Assembly (NCBI GenBank): GCA_963836075.1
Contig: CAWIIB010000009.1
Span: 2,368,001-2,432,000, forward strand
From: an uncultured Acidobacteriota bacterium
Lineage (GTDB): Bacteria > Acidobacteriota > JAQAZP01
Direction of reading: 5' to 3'
DNA length: 64,000 bases
Every line of letters begins with the position of its first letter. Position 1 is the first letter of the stretch. Of the stretch, positions 58,409 through 64,000 are shown in pieces. The position numbers and the translations under genes are program-made. Under the pieces are notes generated by a model, which was not told the DNA's origin, ran no database searches, and was given only the letters and a program-made list of their open reading frames with translations.

Positions 58409-61400
58409 TGCACGGTTTCGTCTCCCTCGCAGTGCGCCGCCGGGTGGCCGTGCTGATGGCCGCCCTGGCCATGGCCGCCTTCGGCGTGGTGGGCTACCAG
58501 CGGCTTTCACTGGACCTGCTGCCCGACATCTCCTATCCCTCGCTCACCGTGCAGACCGAGTTCCCCGACACCGCTCCGGCCGAGGTGGAGAACCTGATCA
58601 CCCGCCCGGTGGAGGAGGCGGTGGGCGTGCTCAAGGGTCTGCGCTCGATTCACTCCGTCTCCCGTCCCGGCATCTCCGAGGTGACCCTGGAGTTCGACTG
58701 GGGCTCGGACATGGACATGCTCTCCCTGGACGTGCGGGAGGACCTGGACCGGCTGATCCTGCCCGAAGAGGCCGAGGACCCGATCGTCCTCCGTTTCGAT
58801 CCCTCCCTCGACCCGATGATGCGCATCGCCCTCGGCGGCACCGACAACCTCACCGAGAGCCGGCGGCTGGCTGACCGCAAGCTGAAACAGGACTTCGAGA
58901 CGATTCTCGGGGTGGCCTCGGCGCGGATCAAGGGCGGGCTGGAGGAGGAGATCCAGATCGACGTGGACCAGGAGCGGCTGGCCGCCCTGGGTATGCCCCT
59001 GGACCGGATACGCGATGGTGGTGGGCATCTCCAACGTCAACCTGCCCGGCGGTTCGCTGCGCGGGGAGGAGAACCAGTTCCTGATCCGCACGGTCAACGA
59101 GTTCGAGTCGGTGGAGGAGATCGCCGGGCTGGTGCTGCGCCGGGACGGCAACTCGATCCTGCGGGTGGGGGACGTGGCCGAGGTGCGCTGGGGGGCCAGG
59201 GAGCGGGAGGAGATCACCCGGGTGGGCGGGGTGGAGAGCGTGGAGATCTCGGTCTACAAGGAGGGCGACGCCAACATCGTCACCACCGCCCGGGATGTCC
59301 GCGAGCGTCTGCCCGAGATCCAGGCCCTGCTGCCCGAGGGCTACCAGCTGACGCTGCTCTTCGACCAGTCGCGGTTCATCGAGCAAGCGGTGAGCGAGGT
59401 GCGCAGCGCGGCCCTGGTCGGCGGCCTGCTGGCGATCATTGTCCTCTTCGCCTTCCTGCGGGATTTCCGCTCGCACGCTGATCATCGCCACCTCCATCCC
59501 GCTGTCGATCCTGGCCACCTTCATCGCCATGTACCGCATGGACGTCTCGCTGAACATCATGAGTCTCGGCGGGCTGACCCTGGGCATCGGCATGCTGGTG
59601 GACAACGCCATCGTGGTTCTGGAGTCGATCTTCCGCAAGCGTGACGAGGGCCTGGGCCTGACCCGGGCCGCGGTGGAGGGCACCGTGGAGGTGGGCGGGG
59701 CGGTGGCCGCCTCCACCTTCACCACCGTGGCCGTTTTCCTGCCCATCGTTTTCGTGGAGGGGATCGCCGGCCAGCTCTTCGGCGACATGGCCCTCACCGT
59801 GACCTTCAGCCTGCTGGCCTCGCTGCTGGTGGCGGTGACCCTGATCCCCATGCTCAGTGCGGTGGGCCGGGAAGGGAACGGCAGAGGCCCCGGCCACCCG
59901 CCGGAAGCCAGAGACGGGGGCCATGAGCCTCGGCTTCTTTTCCCGGGCCTACGACCGCCTGCTCCGCGGGGCGCTGCGCCTGCGCTGGCTGACCATCCTC
60001 TTTGCCGCGGCGATCTTTGCCCTCGCCCTGGGCGGGGTGCGGCTGCTGGACACCGAGCTGATCCCGGCGATCAGCGAGGGCGAGTTCTTCTTCGAGGCCA
60101 CCATGCCCGAGGGGACGCCGGTGGCCGCCACCGACCGGGTGATCCGGCGCATGGAGGAGGCGGCCGCCGCCGAACCGGGAGTGGCGACCTACTACTCCAC
60201 CGCCGGCAGCCGGCTGGTTTCCGGGGGGATGACCCTGAACACCAAGGCCGAGCATTTCGGCCAGCTCAACGTGGTCCTGGCCGACCGGCGGGACGAGGCG
60301 GCCGAGGAGGCCCTGGTCCAGCGGATGCGGCAGTCCTTCGCCACCATCCCCGAGCTGCTGGCCAAGCACGGCAAGCCGACCTACTTCAGCCTGAAGACCC
60401 CGGTGGAGGTGATCCTGTTCAGCGAGGACCTGCGAGCTGCTGGAGACTTACGGCGGCCGGCTGGAGGCGGCCCTGGAACGGGTGCCCGGCCTGGTGGACC
60501 TCCGCTCGTCGCTGGAGGAGGGGAACCCCGAGCTGCAGATCATCTTCGACCGTGAGCGGCTGGCCGCCCTGGGTCTGGACATGCGCGACCATGTCCGAGA
60601 CCCTCCGCGACCGGGTGCAGGGCGTGGTGCCCACCCGCTTCAAGGAGGAGGACCGGCAGATCGACATCCGGGTGCGCAACCGCGAGGAGGACCGCCAGAA
60701 CCTGAGCGACGTGCGCAACCTGGTGATCCCCGGGCCGGACGGCCAGCCGCATCCGCCTGCTCACCGTGGCCGAGGTGCGCGAGGACCGCGGACCGGCGGA
60801 GATCCACCGGGTGCAGCAGCAGCGGGCGGCGATCATCAGCGGCAACTGCCGCGGCCGGGGCCTCGGCGCGGTGGTGGACGACATCGAGCGGTCATCGACG
60901 AGGTCCCGCCACCACTGGGGGTGGCGGTGGAGCTGGGCGGCCAGAGCGAGGAGATGCAGGTCTCCTTCGCCAGCCTGCGCTTCGCCCTGCTGCTGGCCGT
61001 CTTCCTGGTCTACCTGGTGATGGCCGCCACCTTCGAGTCGCTGGTCCACCCCTTCATGGTGCTCTTCACCATCCCCCTGGCCCTGGTGGGTGTGGTGATC
61101 GGCCTGCTGCTCACCGGCACCGCAGATCAGCGTCATCGTGCTCATCGGCGCGGTGATGCTGGTGGGCATCGTGGTCAACAACGCCATCGTGCTCATCGAC
61201 AAGGTCAACCGGCTGCGGCGGGAGGGGATGGAGCAAGCTGGAGGCGCGTGGTCACCGGCCTGCCACGTCCGTCTCCGTCCGATCCTGATGACCACCCTGA
61301 CCACCGTGCTCGGTCTGACCCCCATGGCCCTCTCCATCGGCGAGGGGGCCGAGCTGCGGGCGCCGCTGGCCATCACCGTCTCCTTCGGCCTCGTCTTCGC

Positions 61401-61500
61401 CACCTTCCTCACCCTGGTGGTGATCCCGGCGGTCTACCACGTGGTGCCCTCCCGGGTGCGGCCCCGCCGGGAGAATGGGGATGGGGGAGAGTCGTCATGA
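58408..61500 (+). CDS. RND efflux permease subunit 1 (AcrB/MdtB-like), broken by several frameshifts
   Basis: Pieces across frames: LLPDISYP, EVENLITRPVEE, GMLVDNAIVVLE, GIVVNNAIVLID and RLRPILMTT. Confidence 0.88.
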
Positions 61501-64000
61501 CCCTGCCCGAACTGGCCATCAAGCGACCGGTGACCACGCTGATGATCCTGGTCAGCATGGTGGTTCTCGGCGCGGTGGCCCTGGAGCGCCTGCCCCTGGC
61601 CTTCCTGCCCGACGTGGAGCAGCCCCAGCTCTTCGTCCGGTGCCCTACCCCAACGCCACCCCCGAGCAGATCGAGCGGCTGATCGTCCGCCCGCTGGAGG
61701 AGGTGCTCGGTTCGGTGAAGGGGGTCAAGGAGCATGTGGTCCAGCTGCGACGCCGACGGCGGGACGGGTGCGGCTGGAGTTCGAGTGGGGCCACGACATG
61801 AGCCTGGCCCGGGTCGAGGTGCAGGAGAAGATCGACCGGATCCGCCGCGACCTGCCGGACACATCGGCGACATCACCATCGGCGGCAGCTGGGGGATGCG
61901 GGACGCGGACTCCCCGGTGCTCGAAGGACGGCTCTCCTCGCCCCGCGACCTCAGCGAGAGCTACGACCTGCTGGAGCGGAAGATCGTCCGCCCGCTGGAG
62001 CGGATCCCCGGGGTGGCCCAGGTACGGCTGGACGGGGTCAACCCCAGGGAGGTGCGGATCAACCTGCGGGTGGACGACCTGGAGGCCCACGGCGTGGACG
62101 TGCGCGACGTGCTGCGCCTGCTGCGCGACTCGAACTTCGACCAGAGCCTGGGCGATGATCCGCGACCCGGAGCGGCGCTACACCCTGCGCACCCTGGGCA
62201 CCTTCACGTTCGCTGGAGGAGATCGCCAACCTGCCGCTGCGGGAGGACGGGCTGCGTCTCACCGACGTGGCCGACGTGGTCTACGAGGAGCCGCCGCTGG
62301 AGTACGGCCGGCACCTGGACGGCAACTTCGCCATCGGGGTCACGGTGACCGCACGAGGCGGCAGCCAACGCGGTGGCCATCTGCGACGAGGTGCGGGCCC
62401 GGGTGGACGCAGATGAACAGCGACCCCGAGCTGGAGGGGGTCAGCTTCCTCATCTGGTTCGACCAGGGCGACGAGATCCGCAACACCCTCGGCGACCTGA
62501 CCTTCACCGGCATCTTCGGCGCCATCCTCGCCTCCATCGTGCTCTTCGGCTTCCTGCGCCGCTTCAGCATGACCGTGGCGGCGGTGCTCTGCATCCCCTT
62601 TTCCATCATCGTGGCCTGCGGCATCATCTGGGCCCAGGGCAAGACCCTGAACACGCTTACCCTCCTCGGCCTGATCGTCGGTATCGGCATGCTGGTGGAC
62701 AATGCCGTGGTGGTGATGGAGAACATCTATCCGTCACCAGCAGGCCGGTCTGAGCCGTTTCGAGGCCGCCGCGGTGGGTTCGCGGGAGGTGGCCACCGCG
62801 GTGACCGCGGCCACCCTGACCTCGGTGATCGTCTTTTTGCCGCTGATCTTCAACAAGCCCAGCGAGATGAACATCTATCTCCGTGAACTGGGGATCACCG
62901 TCTGCCTCACCCTGCTGGCCTCGCTGTTCATCAGCCAGACCATGATCCCCCTGGCCACCTCGCGCTTCATCCGCACCCGCCAGCGGCCGCGCAGCAAGCT
63001 GATGGTGCGCATCGAGAAAGCCCACGAGCGGGTACTGGCCTTCAATCTCCGCCACCGCTGGCTCGACCCCGTTGATCGGTCTGGCGGTGGTCGGTTCGGC
63101 GGATCTACCCCTTCCTGCAGGTGGACAAGAACTTCGATGCCAACACTGCCGAGGTGTTCATCAGCTTGCGCTACGAGTTCAGCGAGCCGCTGAGCCTCGA
63201 CCGCAAGGAGCAGGCGATCTCCATGGTGGAGGAGATTCTCGAGCCGCACCGCGAGGAGATGCACGCCAGGCACATCTACAGCTTCTGGAGCGACCGCTGG
63301 TCCATGACCCGCATCTACATGGAGGAGGGCCACTCCAACGACCGGGCCATGGCCCTGGCCCGGGCCAAGCTGCGCGAGATTCTGCCCGACCTCCCCGGGG
63401 TCAACCTGATGGTGGAGGACCAGAGCGGCGGGCGTCACCGCCGCGGCGGCGGGGGCAAGTCCGTCGCCTTCCAGCTGGTGGGGGAGGACAGCGGGGTGCT
63501 CGTCCGAACTGGCCGAGGAGGCCAAGCTTCAGGCTACGGGAGATCCCCGGGCTGGTGGACCCCTGGGCCAGCAGCCAGTCGGGAGGGATGGAGCTCTTCG
63601 TCGACCTGGACCGCGAGCTGGCCTCGCTGCTACGGCGTACCGCTCAACCAGCCGGCCGAGGTGATCTCGCTGACCTACCGCGGCCGGCGGCTGCCAGCGC
63701 TACCGCACCGCGGACGGTGAGCGGGAGATGCGGCTGACCCTGGACGAGCAGGAGAACGAGAGCCTCTCCCAGCTGCGCAACCTGCCGCTGTGGACCGAGG
63801 AAGGGGAGAAGATCCCCCTGGCCTCGCTGGCCGATTTCCGCCTGGCCCCCGGGCCGGAGCGGATCCAGCGGGACAACCGGATGACCAGCGTCTGGGTCGG
63901 CGCCCGCTACGAGGAGGGCACCATCGACGACTACCTGCCCCGGGTCACCGCGGCCCTGGAGGCGATGGAGTTCCCCTACGGCTACAGCTACACCTTCCGC
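61497..64000 (+). CDS. RND efflux permease subunit 2, heavily frameshifted, runs off the window
   Basis: Starts MTLPELAIKRPVTT (ATGA overlap with subunit 1); IVRPLEE, GMLVDNAVVVMEN and TLTSVIVFLP motifs. Confidence 0.85.

Overview
GC-rich (roughly 65-70%) bacterial chromosomal window with about 65 CDS and no recognisable rRNA, tRNA, CRISPR array, transposase or integrase. Housekeeping anchors (long-form guaA, arfB, darP/yjgA, glnS, panE, HU, rsgA, prmA) lie among many small accessory genes. Every credible gene from 7838 to 57029 is on the minus strand, and many overlap at stop/start codons. The plus strand carries only an xdhC-mocA pair and an RND efflux operon at the right end. Single-base frameshifts occur in an ADH, a radical SAM gene and a hybrid sensor kinase, and become dense in the RND genes, which points to assembly errors. 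Four observations stand out. (1) A co-directional module of a TPR-CHAT caspase-like protease, a low-GC Trp/Cys-rich orphan ORF whose frame continues past an internal TAA, and a radical SAM/SPASM-type enzyme; this is a candidate new peptide-modification system. (2) Two unrelated secreted proteins that share a Cys-conserved ~115-aa C-terminal domain, a candidate lineage-specific sorting domain; they lie downstream of an AraC-type hybrid two-component system with a 21-bp-spaced direct repeat. (3) At least four genes hollowed out by internal deletion whose remnants mostly keep translational coupling. (4) A family of hairpins with a GG(G/A)TCAG core. All family assignments come from motif recognition; no database search was run.
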